From positions 768,001 through 832,000 of the forward strand of contig CALSNU010000001.1 of assembly GCA_943787795.1 (NCBI GenBank): a DNA stretch of 64,000 nt. The letters run 5' to 3'. The DNA comes from an uncultured bacterium (lineage in GTDB: Bacteria; Planctomycetota; UBA1135; GCA-002686595). Position numbers and translations under genes: made by a program. Positions 1 to 8,948 of the stretch are shown here, piece after piece; position 1 is the first letter of the stretch, and each line of letters begins with the position of its first letter. Below the pieces are notes generated by a model. That model was not told the DNA's origin. It saw only the letters and a program-made list of their open reading frames with translations, and did not search any database.

Positions 1-411
1 GCAAAAGCCTGCGGCGAGCCCCAGGTCCAGGGCATGGGGGAGGTGGAGGCGGTACTTCCTGGCGGCATAGAGCCCGAGGGCGATCCCCCCAAAGGTGCCG
101 CCGTACATGACGAGGCCGCCCTCCCAGTAGTAGAGGATCGTCATGGGGTCATCGAGGTAGCGCTGTCCGGTGGCGCTGCCGCGGAAGATCTCGACGATGA
201 CGTACATGGCCCTGGCCCCAAGGAGGATCCCCACGAGGATCCACATGGGGACGGCGGCGAACCCGGGGGCATCGGCCTCTCGGTCGACGGCGTAGCGGTC
301 GCCGAGCTTGCCGTAGAGGTGGGTGCCGACGAGGAAGCCGAGCACCACCATCAGGCCGAAGGCGCGCAGGGGGACGCCGATCAGCGGGATCTCGAAGAGG
401 ATCGGGTACAT
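1..411 (-). CDS. lgt: Prolipoprotein diacylglyceryl transferase (5' part; runs off the window edge)
   Basis: Not in the ORF track. Manual translation from the ATG at 411 gives MYPILFEIPLIGVPLRAFGLMVVLGFLVG...ILLGARAMYVI...YYWEGGLVMYGG, matching the Lgt N-terminus and its GAR and W.GGL..YGG motifs. Confidence 0.88.
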   Translation of the reverse strand, partial: MYPILFEIPLIGVPLRAFGLMVVLGFLVGTHLYGKLGDRYAVDREADAPGFAAVPMWILVGILLGARAMYVIVEIFRGSATGQRYLDDPMTILYYWEGGLVMYGGTFGGIALGLYAARKYRLHLPHALDLGLAAGFC

Positions 412-584
412 GGCGGAGCACTGTACGCGGCCCCAGGGCGCAGGCGAAGGGGCGGGGTCGGGAGGATTTGCGGACAGGATTCGGGGAGGGGTGCCGCCGG
501 GCGGTGCGGTGTGACCAGAGGAGGCCGTATAGTGTCGCGCCGCGAAACCAAGGCGCCGACCCGGGCTCCTCCGCGCTCCACACC

Positions 585-1424
585 ATGAACACGCCCCCCA
601 AGGCCAAGCTCTTCGTCGAGGGGCGCTATCTCAAGCACTCCCGAGACCTCCCCCAGACGGTCTTCTTTTGTCCCGAGTGCAAGGGGCACCCCCGGAGGCG
701 CCGCAAGTGCGAGAAGTGCGAGGGGTTCGGCAAGCTCACCAAGGACTCGGTCCAGGAGCTCATCGGCTGGGTGCTCGGCAAGGCCGCGGGGACCCGCAAG
801 CACAAGTTCCACGGCGCCGGCCGCGAGGACGTCGACGTGCGGATGCTCGGTGACGGGCGCCCATTTGTCATGGAGCTGGTGGACCCGCGGGACCACCAGG
901 TGGACCTGGCGGAGATCGAGGCGACCATCAACTCGCGCAACGAGGGGCGGCTCGAGGTGCGCGGGCTGCACTGGACCCAGAAGGGCAGGGTGCGGTTCCT
1001 CAAGGAGGGCACCTTCGCGAAGGAGTACTGCGCCCGCGTCGAGGTCGACCAGCGGCCGAGCGAGGAGACCGTCGCGGCTCTGATCGGACGCCGCTACGAG
1101 GTCGCCCAGCAGACCCCGAGCCGCGTGGCGCACCGCCGAGCGGACAAGGTCCGTGAGCGCTGGATCGAGGTGCTCGACGTGCAGCTGGATCCCGAGGAGG
1201 ACCTGTTCCTCAGCGTCACCATTCGGACCCAGGCGGGGACCTACGTCAAGGAGGCCATCAGCGGCGAGGGCGGCATGAGCCAGCCGTCCATTGCCGAGCT
1301 CCTCGGGGTCGGCAGCGCCAAGTGCGCGAGCCTCGACGTCCTCGCGATCCTCGATCAGGAGGAGGGCGAGGAGGCCGGTGAATCCAACCCGACCTCATTG
1401 GGGTTCGGGTCAGGGCTCTCCTGA
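585..1424 (+). CDS. Pus10-family tRNA pseudouridine(54/55) synthase, catalytic domain only
   Basis: Motifs GRYLK.SRDLPQT, CPEC...CEKC, SVQELI, FHGAGREDVDVRMLG.GRPFVME (catalytic Asp), QQTP.RV.HRR...RER and TQAGTYVKE. ATG at 585 is in frame with ORF 468..1424. Confidence 0.88.
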   Translation: MNTPPKAKLFVEGRYLKHSRDLPQTVFFCPECKGHPRRRRKCEKCEGFGKLTKDSVQELIGWVLGKAAGTRKHKFHGAGREDVDVRMLGDGRPFVMELVDPRDHQVDLAEIEATINSRNEGRLEVRGLHWTQKGRVRFLKEGTFAKEYCARVEVDQRPSEETVAALIGRRYEVAQQTPSRVAHRRADKVRERWIEVLDVQLDPEEDLFLSVTIRTQAGTYVKEAISGEGGMSQPSIAELLGVGSAKCASLDVLAILDQEEGEEAGESNPTSLGFGSGLS

Positions 1425-1431
1425 GCAGCGC

Positions 1432-1529
1432 GCTCCTCGGTCAAACCAGTCCGGTCCCGTCAGTCCGGTCGCGCCAGTACGGTCAAGTCCGTCCGGCCAA
1501 GACGGCTCGGCCAAGACGGCTCGGTCACG
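1432..1529. repeat. Degenerate 14-bp tandem repeat, ~7 units
   Basis: Units from 1446: ccagtccggtcccg, tcagtccggtcgcg, ccagtacggtcaag, tccgtccggccaag, acggctcggccaag, acggctcggtcacg. A weaker unit lies at 1432-1445. Confidence 0.75.
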
Positions 1530-1873
1530 CCTGGCTCGGACTGGGCCAGCGTGACTCGGCAGGGCGGCCGCGCATGCCGGGCCGCTGCCGCGGTGCAGGC
1601 CGTGATTTCGCAGGAGCCCAGTTGGCTCCGGTCGTCCCGTCGACCGGGCGGTTGGCCGTGCGGGTGGTCGTGCGGGTGGAGGGGCGGGTCACGCCGCCCC
1701 ATGCCCGTGGGGCCGATTCGCTCGCTGGTGACGTCGGCGTCGCCGTGACGGCGCGTTCCCGTGACGGGATGCTGACCGGCCGGGGCCGCTGGGGTGACGC
1801 TGCCCGGGACAAGGCCCTGCGTGGGTCGCGACACTGCACGCGTCGCGACATTGCGCGCGGCGGGAGACTGAGT

Positions 1874-1921
1874 GGTTGGAGGCTCTGCTGGGTCGAGAAT
1901 CTGCCGGGTCGAGACTCTGCC
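1874..1921. repeat. 16-bp direct repeat, 2 near-identical copies plus 1 degenerate
   Basis: ggttggaggctctgct / gggtcgagaatctgcc / gggtcgagactctgcc. Confidence 0.65.
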
Positions 1922-1934
1922 GGGAGGTCTCAGC

Positions 1935-2435
1935 TCAAAAGAGCACGCCCATGACCGTCGCCTCGAAGACCCTCTTGGGCTGCAGCACGCCATCGCGCTC
2001 CACGAAGCCTTCGGCGCTGTACTTGAACATCCGGCTCCCCGCGCGCTCGAGCTTGACCGCGAGGAACATCGTGCAGGGCGGCTCCACAACGCCGCGGAAG
2101 CGGCAATCGTCCACACCTCCGAACCCGACGAAGCGCCCGTCAGACTCCTCCACCCTGTGCTTGGAGTAGTCGAAGGAGGCGATCTGCGCCGCCGTCTCGA
2201 TCATCAGCGCCCCGGGGAACATGGGGCGGCCAGGAATGTGATCCTCGGCCCACCAGTCCTCGCTCCGGATGGCCTTCACGCCAACGGCGATCCCGCCCTC
2301 CGCATCCACGTAGGCGAGGTGATCGAGCACAGCGAAGGTCCCCCGCTGCGCTAGGTATTCGTCCAGCGTCGCGCGGTTCACCGCGACGTGGGTCCGATCG
2401 ATGCTCTCTAGGTCGAGGATGGGTTGGATCGACAT
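1935..2435 (-). CDS. fabZ: FabA/FabZ-family 3-hydroxyacyl-ACP dehydratase (FabZ-type)
   Basis: DHIPGRPMFPGALMIETAAQ (His/Glu dyad motif) and GVDDCRFRGVVEP. ATG at 2435 (MSIQPILD), 166 aa. Confidence 0.8.
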   Translation of the reverse strand: MSIQPILDLESIDRTHVAVNRATLDEYLAQRGTFAVLDHLAYVDAEGGIAVGVKAIRSEDWWAEDHIPGRPMFPGALMIETAAQIASFDYSKHRVEESDGRFVGFGGVDDCRFRGVVEPPCTMFLAVKLERAGSRMFKYSAEGFVERDGVLQPKRVFEATVMGVLF

Positions 2436-2618
2436 TGGGATGGGGTTCCAGAGGTGGGGAGCGGTCTTCTCTGCCGAACGGAAGCTCGGCCTCCACGACG
2501 ATTTGGGCCACAATGGTACGGAGACAGGGTGCGCGTATCGTTCCAATTCGCCGGGACCGCTGCGTTCCTGGCCTTCACGACGAAGACCTGCACCGGCAGT
2601 GAAACCGACCAGGACCCC

Positions 2619-3806
2619 ATGAGACCCCCCCTTCGCTTCACGACCCTCGCCGTCCACGCCGGGCGGCGCCCCACCCCCCAGGACCCCGACCTCTCGCCCC
2701 CGATTCGCCGGGCGACCACGTTCCTCCAGCACCCCGAAGTGCATGAGCTCACCGACGCAGGGGACTGGTCGACGCCGCTGGTCTACTCGCGCTACGGCTC
2801 GCCGAATGCCTCGGACGCAGAGGAGGTCCTTGCGGCCCTGGAGGGCGCGGAGCGCGGGGTGCTGTTCGCCAGCGGCATGGCCGCCATCCACGCCATGCTC
2901 CTGCACGCCTTCCCCGGCGGGTCCGGGAAGGTCGCCCTGGCGCGTCAGATCTATGGGGGGACCAGCTCACTGCTGTCCAAGGCGCTCGCCTCCCTCGGCT
3001 TCGAGGTGATCCCCTTCGATGTCCAGGACGACGGGGAGCTGGGGGCCGCGCTGGCCGCTGGCGCAGGGCTGGTGCACGTCGAGGGGCTCTCCAATCCGAC
3101 CGCACTCCTCGCCAACATCCCTCGGCTCGCGGAGCAGGCTCACGCCGCGGGGGCGCTCCTGTCCGTGGACTCCACCTTCGCGACGCCGGTGGTCCAGCGC
3201 CCCTTGGAGCTCGGCGCGGACCTCGTGGTGCACTCGGCGACCAAGGCGCTCGCGGGTCACTCGGACGTGACGGCGGGCGTTGTCCTCGGGAGCGCGGCGC
3301 GGATGGAGCAGGTCGCTGGCTACCGAAAGCTCACCGGCGCCATCCTTGACCCGGCGGCGGCATGGCTGCTCCGAAGGAGCCTCTCGACCCTGGGGCTTCG
3401 GGTCGAAGCGCAGTGTCGGGCCGCGTCGGCCCTGGCCCGGTCGCTGGCCGACCGAGAGGATGTGGTCCGCGTCCACTACCCTGGCCTCCCCGGAGACCCC
3501 GGTCACTCGCTCGCGCCTCGCGTCCTGCTCGATGGTCTCCACGGGAGCATGCTCGCCTTCGAGCTCGCGGGGGGAGATGACCTCGCCCGCCCGTTTGTCT
3601 CGCGGTTGCGCCTCGCCGTGGACGCTCCGAGCCTCGGCGGTGTGGAGACCCTTGTGAGCATCCCGCATCTCATGTCGCACCCCGGTCTTTCGGCTGAAGA
3701 GCGCCTCGGGGTTGGCTTCGGACCCGGCTGCATCCGCGTGGCCTGCGGGATCGAGGACCCCGAAGACCTGGTCGCGGACTTCGCCTGCGCCTTCGACGAG
3801 CGTTGA
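2619..3806 (+). CDS. PLP-dependent Cys/Met metabolism enzyme (cystathionine gamma-synthase/lyase, methionine gamma-lyase family)
   Basis: YSRYGSP, FASGMAAI, DSTFATP, VHSATKALAGHSD (PLP lysine), SLGGVETL and RVACGIED. ATG at 2619. Confidence 0.9.
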   Translation: MRPPLRFTTLAVHAGRRPTPQDPDLSPPIRRATTFLQHPEVHELTDAGDWSTPLVYSRYGSPNASDAEEVLAALEGAERGVLFASGMAAIHAMLLHAFPGGSGKVALARQIYGGTSSLLSKALASLGFEVIPFDVQDDGELGAALAAGAGLVHVEGLSNPTALLANIPRLAEQAHAAGALLSVDSTFATPVVQRPLELGADLVVHSATKALAGHSDVTAGVVLGSAARMEQVAGYRKLTGAILDPAAAWLLRRSLSTLGLRVEAQCRAASALARSLADREDVVRVHYPGLPGDPGHSLAPRVLLDGLHGSMLAFELAGGDDLARPFVSRLRLAVDAPSLGGVETLVSIPHLMSHPGLSAEERLGVGFGPGCIRVACGIEDPEDLVADFACAFDER

Positions 3807-3810
3807 GCGC

Positions 3811-4989
3811 TCAGCGCATGTTCATCGTCTCGAGCGTGGACTCGCCGGCGAGCAGCTTCACGTCGAGCCGGCAGCTGCGGCCCTCCTCTGCCTGGGTGGC
3901 GTTGACCCGCCACGGGCCGGGAGAGAGGTAGGCGACTCTGGCCCGGCCGAACTCGTTGGTCTCGCGCCGGAACGAGCCGACGCCGCTCCCGCGAAGGTAG
4001 CCCACCAGTTCCACGCCTGGGAACGGGCGGCCGTACTCGTCAGTGGCCTCGATCTCCAGGGTGGCGAGCGGGGGGAGCTGAATCTCGTTGATCGCGACGG
4101 CGGAGAGGGCCACGGCGACCGGCTGCGGAGTAGTGGTGGAGTGCACGGGGTGGCCGGTGCGAAGGATCCAGTTCCCGCTGGTCACGCCAGGGAAGAGGAA
4201 GGCCCCGCTGCTGTCCGTGACGGCCTCGAGCCGGCCTTCAGCGGGCTCCTCCCGGTCGATCAGGTAGACCGGAAGTTGGACGGCCATGTCCCCGTTGGCC
4301 TGCCGGATCCGACCCGCGACGCTGGCCAGCCTGACGAGGCGTGAGGTCACGCTGACGACGTTGACCCCGGGCATGTGTTCGTACCCGGCGAGCTTGAAGA
4401 GGGCGACCTCCTGGGGCCGGGCCACAAGCCCCTCGGCCTCGACGCTGAGGCGGTACGCGGCCATCGGGAGGTCGCTCAGCTGGAAGTCGCGCTGACCAGG
4501 TTCGGAGGTGATCGTTCGCGAGACGGCCTTGTCCCGGCCGGCCGCGACCCTGGAGGGCTCGAGCTTCAGGGTCCATCGCTCGGGGTAGGGGACGCCCTCC
4601 TCGACCCGGACCTCACCGAAGATCATCCCGGTGCCCTCGAAGACGCGGTCCATGGACGCGTACGCGCCCGCCGGGCCGGCCTCCACACCAGACGTCACGC
4701 GGGGCCCGTCGGCCGCCTCGGTCAGGTTGTTGGAGAGCGGCTCCACCGGCGAGTCTTCGAGGGTGCGATCGGCAAGCTCGTAGTCCTCTCCGCCCTGGGT
4801 CCTCACGGAGCCTTGCCAGGTCAAGGCGCCGACCACGAAGAGCACGAGGCCCAGCACCGCGATCCAGGCCAGCCCGGAGGCGCCCCGTCTGCGCCCATGG
4901 GAACTTCTCGTCCCTGGGGTCGACGGCTTGGAACGCCCAATTAAGGTCTCATGGCCCATACGCTTCTCTGTCGACATCGAATCCATCAT
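3811..4989 (-). CDS. Membrane-anchored protein with carboxypeptidase-regulatory-like (transthyretin-like) beta-sandwich repeats
   Basis: One N-terminal TM helix (LAWIAVLGLVLFVVGALTW), then repeats such as AVTDSSGAFLFPGVTSGNW and ETNEFGRARVAYLSPGPW. Start uncertain. Confidence 0.65.
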   Translation of the reverse strand: MMDSMSTEKRMGHETLIGRSKPSTPGTRSSHGRRRGASGLAWIAVLGLVLFVVGALTWQGSVRTQGGEDYELADRTLEDSPVEPLSNNLTEAADGPRVTSGVEAGPAGAYASMDRVFEGTGMIFGEVRVEEGVPYPERWTLKLEPSRVAAGRDKAVSRTITSEPGQRDFQLSDLPMAAYRLSVEAEGLVARPQEVALFKLAGYEHMPGVNVVSVTSRLVRLASVAGRIRQANGDMAVQLPVYLIDREEPAEGRLEAVTDSSGAFLFPGVTSGNWILRTGHPVHSTTTPQPVAVALSAVAINEIQLPPLATLEIEATDEYGRPFPGVELVGYLRGSGVGSFRRETNEFGRARVAYLSPGPWRVNATQAEEGRSCRLDVKLLAGESTLETMNMR

Positions 4990-5068
4990 GGTGGTTTCCG
5001 ACAGGCCACTCTGCGGCCGTCGGGCTACAGACTAGCCTCGGTGCCCATCGAGCGCGCCCTCATCCCAG

Positions 5069-7576
5069 GTGCCTCAACCCTCCTCGAACATGTTTGAACT
5101 CGACCCCCTCCGCGCGGCTCCTCGGGGCCTCCGCCTTCGAATGCTCGGCGCCGCCCTCCTGACCCTCCTCGCAGGCACCGCGCCGGCGGTCGACGGCTCG
5201 GCCAGCGACCCCGGCCCCGCGGCCGCGGCGGATGAGGGACGCGTCCTCGTCCTAGGCTTCGACGGCGCGGACTGGCGCACCACGGAGCGCATGATGGACC
5301 GCGGTGAGCTGCCGAACATGGCCCGGCTGCGGGCGATGGGCTCTGCTGGGCCCCTCGTCTCCACGGACCCGGCGGAGTCGGCTGCGGGCTGGGCGGCGAT
5401 CAACACCGGCGCCAACCCGCTCAAGAACGGCGTGCCGAGCTTCATCAAGCGGACGATCAGCGACAGCGGGTTCATCTCGCCTGGGTTCGCCCACGTCGAG
5501 GCAGAGACTCGTTCCGTGGAGGACATGGACGCCACCGGGGTCCAGGCGGCCCTGGGGGGGGAAGACCGCTCGATGATGATCGGCTTCGCGGTCCTCTTCG
5601 TGGCGTTCCTGCTGCTCAAGCTGGTCATCAAGGCCAACGGGACCGTCTCGCTCCTCCTGAGTGTTCTGCTCGGCGGCGCCGCAGGCTTCGCCACTCGCTC
5701 GGCCGAGGAGGGCCTCCCCGAAGAGATCACGGGGGTGGTCGCGAACAAGGTCCAGATGGACGGCTTCTGGGTCGAGGCGGCGCGCGCCGGCTACCCGTCG
5801 GTGGCGCTGCAGGCGCCCCTCGCCTTCGACCGCCCCGGCGCCGAGGGGGCGAGGACGCTCTTCGGGCTCGGGCTGCCGGACGTGCGGACCTCGTACAACG
5901 GCGACTGGTTCATCTACACCACCGACACGCTCGCCTCGGGCCGCGCGCCCAAGGGTGACGCCTCCTCCTCGAATTCGGGGACGGGCATCATCTATCGGGT
6001 GGACTTCAAGAAGCCCAAGGACGGTGGGGCGAAGGCCATCGACACGTCGCTCTACGGGCCGCTGAACTTTGTGGAGATGGACCGGGTCTCCCGCCGGCTC
6101 GCTGAGCTGGAGACCGAGATCGCCGAGGCGCAGGACTACAAGTCCAGTCGAGTGCTCGCCGACGAGCAGGAGGACCTCGAGAAGCTCTACGCCGAGATGG
6201 GGCAAATCCCCGGGCGCCCGGGCAAGGAGTACAAGCACCGCGCCACAGTCCCGCTGCGCGTGGTCGCCGGCGCCCAGGACGGCAGCTGGGACGTCACGAT
6301 CGGCTCCGAGACCCAGACGCTCACGCTCGACGGGTGGAGCGACTTCTTCCAGGTCGAATTCGAGCTGAGCCCCCTGGTGTCGGTCCCGGCGGTCACCCGC
6401 GCGCGGATCCTCGGGGACGACCCGTTCGAGATCTACATCGACACGCTCCAGTTTGACCCCGCCAAGCCGTCCTTCTGGCAGCCGACGAGCAGCCCCCTCG
6501 GGTTCTCGGCGGAGCTCGCCCAGGGGATCGGCTCGACGTTTGAGACCCTCGGCTGGGGCTGCATGACGAACCAGATCAAGGATGAGCTCCTGGACCCCGC
6601 GGTCTTCCTGGAGGACGTCGAGTTCACCATGACCTTCCGCCGCAAGCTCATGCAGCGGATGCTCGAGGACGAGGACTGGCGCGTGCTCTACTCGGTCTTC
6701 AGCACGACGGACCGGGTGCAGCACATGATGTACCGCTTCTACGATCCCGAGCACCCCATGTATGACGCGGAGGAGGCGGCGCGCAAGGTCACCTTCTTCG
6801 GCGAGGAGATCGAGCTGCGCGATGCGATCCCCGCCATCTACCGGCAGATGGACAGCATCGTGGGAGAGGCCATGGAGGCGCTCCGCGACGACGACACGTT
6901 GATGCTCTGCGCGGACCACGGCTTCACGAGCTACCGCCGCGGGATGCACGTGAACAACTGGCTGGCCAGTGAGGGCTTCCTGACCCTGAAGGAAGGTCTG
7001 GACAGCACCGCGGGCGGCTTCGCCGCGATCGACTGGTCCAAGACCCAGGCCTACAGCCTCGGCCTCGGGATGGTCTTCCTCAACCTCGAGGGGCGTGAGC
7101 CGGCGGGCATCGTCAAGCTCGAGGACGCTCGCGGCGTCCTGGAGCAGATCCAGTCGCGCTTCCTCGTCGCGGAGGACGAGGGCCGCAAGGTCGGGTCCAG
7201 CGCGACGATCATCCAGGACGTCTACGAGGGGCCGATCGCCTGGGGGTCCAAGGACTACCCGTGCTCCGACCTGATGCTCGGCTTCGCGGAGTTCTACCGG
7301 GTGTCGTGGTCGACGGTGGGGGGCGGCCTGCCGGTCACCCGAGACGACGCAGACGCGGTCGTGCCCAAGCCGACCTACAGCGACAACTCCAACCTCTGGT
7401 CTGGCGACCACGCGTCCAACGACCCCAACGTGGTGACGGGGATCTTCTTCTGCAGCCGGAAGGTGACGAGCGAGGACGGGACGTTCTCGGTGATGGACAT
7501 CGCGCCGACGGTCCTCTCGAGGCTCGGCGCGCCGCTGCCTGCGGCGCTCGATCGGCCGGCTCTCTCGTTCGACTGA
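5069..7576 (+). CDS. Alkaline phosphatase superfamily (type I phosphodiesterase/nucleotide pyrophosphatase-like) exported protein with an internal TM hairpin
   Basis: LGFDGAD, PAESAAGWAAINTG (nucleophile region), DRVQHM, CADHGF and WSGDH. Signal-peptide-like N-terminus and two hydrophobic helices at ~aa 168-208. Start uncertain. Confidence 0.8.
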   Translation: MPQPSSNMFELDPLRAAPRGLRLRMLGAALLTLLAGTAPAVDGSASDPGPAAAADEGRVLVLGFDGADWRTTERMMDRGELPNMARLRAMGSAGPLVSTDPAESAAGWAAINTGANPLKNGVPSFIKRTISDSGFISPGFAHVEAETRSVEDMDATGVQAALGGEDRSMMIGFAVLFVAFLLLKLVIKANGTVSLLLSVLLGGAAGFATRSAEEGLPEEITGVVANKVQMDGFWVEAARAGYPSVALQAPLAFDRPGAEGARTLFGLGLPDVRTSYNGDWFIYTTDTLASGRAPKGDASSSNSGTGIIYRVDFKKPKDGGAKAIDTSLYGPLNFVEMDRVSRRLAELETEIAEAQDYKSSRVLADEQEDLEKLYAEMGQIPGRPGKEYKHRATVPLRVVAGAQDGSWDVTIGSETQTLTLDGWSDFFQVEFELSPLVSVPAVTRARILGDDPFEIYIDTLQFDPAKPSFWQPTSSPLGFSAELAQGIGSTFETLGWGCMTNQIKDELLDPAVFLEDVEFTMTFRRKLMQRMLEDEDWRVLYSVFSTTDRVQHMMYRFYDPEHPMYDAEEAARKVTFFGEEIELRDAIPAIYRQMDSIVGEAMEALRDDDTLMLCADHGFTSYRRGMHVNNWLASEGFLTLKEGLDSTAGGFAAIDWSKTQAYSLGLGMVFLNLEGREPAGIVKLEDARGVLEQIQSRFLVAEDEGRKVGSSATIIQDVYEGPIAWGSKDYPCSDLMLGFAEFYRVSWSTVGGGLPVTRDDADAVVPKPTYSDNSNLWSGDHASNDPNVVTGIFFCSRKVTSEDGTFSVMDIAPTVLSRLGAPLPAALDRPALSFD

Positions 7577-7588
7577 GGGGCTGGGATC

Positions 7589-7918
7589 ATGGACGGAGTT
7601 GTTACGCCGATCTCTGCGGCAGACCTGAAGTCGCGCCTCGACGCGGGAGAGGAGCTGGTGCTCCTCGACGTGCGTGAGGCTGAGGAACTCGCGATCTGCG
7701 CGATCCCTGGCGTGACTCATATCCCGCTCGGGGAGCTCAGTGTCCGGCACCACGAGCTCGACCCCGAGGCGGAGACGGTCTGCATTTGCCACCACGGGAT
7801 CCGCAGCGCCAACGCGGCGGCAGGTCTCTCGGGGCTCGGCTTCGAGCGCCTGCTCAACCTGACGGGCGGTGTCGAGCGTTGGGCACGGGACGTGGACCCG
7901 GCCATGGCGCGCTATTGA
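7589..7918 (+). CDS. Single-domain rhodanese (sulfurtransferase)
   Basis: LLDVRE, HIPLGEL, active-site loop CHHGIRS and NLTGGVERW; resembles the MoeB/MoeZ C-terminal rhodanese domain. Confidence 0.88.
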   Translation: MDGVVTPISAADLKSRLDAGEELVLLDVREAEELAICAIPGVTHIPLGELSVRHHELDPEAETVCICHHGIRSANAAAGLSGLGFERLLNLTGGVERWARDVDPAMARY

Positions 7919-7997
7919 GGGTCGCGAGGACCGGGCGCTGAAAGGCGGGGGGCCCGTTTCCCACCAAGGGGACAGACCACAGCCCCATTCACTCCCG

Positions 7998-8315
7998 ATG
8001 CCCAACGCACGCCTCCACCGATCTTCTGCGCCCGCCCCGTCTCCTCGAGAGGGGAACCCGTCGCCTCCACCAGGCGACCCGTCACCTCGTCGGGGAGCCT
8101 CTGGCCAGGCCGTGGCGCCTTCAAGGGCCCCGCGGGACCTTGAATGGACCGATCCTGTGACGGGAGAGCGCCTCGGGATCCGCCTTCGAGCGGGGGAGGG
8201 GCTCCTGGGGCGCCTCCTTGGCGAAGGGTTCGAGGTGGCTGATTTGGCCCGTGAGGAGGCGATTGAGGCGGCGATTGGGTCAGCGACTGGGTCGGGCCCG
8301 GGCGTCGCCGCGTGA
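7998..8315 (+). CDS. Hypothetical small protein
   Basis: Fills the gap between rhodanese and purE. Pro-rich N-terminus, then a protein-like segment LEWTDPVTGERLGIRL. No recognised family. Confidence 0.35.
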   Translation: MPNARLHRSSAPAPSPREGNPSPPPGDPSPRRGASGQAVAPSRAPRDLEWTDPVTGERLGIRLRAGEGLLGRLLGEGFEVADLAREEAIEAAIGSATGSGPGVAA

Positions 8316-8396
8316 CTCGGGGGGACACGGGGGCCCCTGGTCGTTATTCTGTCCGGCTTCCCGGCGCGGCCCGACCGTCCCCACGAGCCCCTCTCG

Positions 8397-8945
8397 ATGT
8401 CCGAAGATCAGTCCACGACCCTCAGTCACCAGCTCCCCGAGGACCTGACCGACGCCCCCTCCGGCGCCGCGAAGGTCAGCGTCGTCTTCGGGAGCGCCTC
8501 CGACTGGCCCACCATGCGCGCCACGGTCGAGGTGCTCGACACCTTCGGTGTGGCCTGCGAGTACGGAGTCGTCTCCGCGCACCGGACGCCTGACCGGCTG
8601 CGCGAGTTCGCCGAGGGCGCCCGCGGGCGCGGGGTCGAGGTGATCATCGCGGCCGCCGGTGGCGCGGCGCACCTCCCGGGGATGATCGCGGCCTGGACCA
8701 CCCTCCCGGTCCTCGGCGTGCCGATTCGCAGTCGAGCGTTGAGCGGCGTGGACTCGCTGCTCTCCATCGTGCAGATGCCCCGGGGTGTCCCCGTGGGAAC
8801 GCTGGCCATCGGTGATGCCGGCGCGAGCAACGCCGCGCTCCTCGCCCTCAGGATGCTCTCGACCCATGACGCTGAGATCGAGCAGCGGCTCAAGGCCCAT
8901 GGTGACACCGCTGCCGCCTCGGCTCTCTCTGCGCCCCTGGACTGA
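8397..8945 (+). CDS. purE: N5-CAIR mutase
   Basis: [28 protein letters not shown] and [13 protein letters not shown]. Confidence 0.97.
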   Translation: MSEDQSTTLSHQLPEDLTDAPSGAAKVSVVFGSASDWPTMRATVEVLDTFGVACEYGVVSAHRTPDRLREFAEGARGRGVEVIIAAAGGAAHLPGMIAAWTTLPVLGVPIRSRALSGVDSLLSIVQMPRGVPVGTLAIGDAGASNAALLALRMLSTHDAEIEQRLKAHGDTAAASALSAPLD

Positions 8946-8948
8946 GCG

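Noticed and set aside
1432..1529. Possible CRISPR or known ncRNA (rnpB, tmRNA, SRP)
   Set aside because: 14-bp period without spacers, and none of the conserved signature sequences of these RNAs was visible.
5252..8005. 917-aa minus-strand ORF, and similar long antisense ORFs (13828..16896, 8280..10022, 53205..55352, 20744..22492, 21321..23024)
   Set aside because: Shadow ORFs opposite well-supported genes, expected at this GC content; no recognisable motifs.
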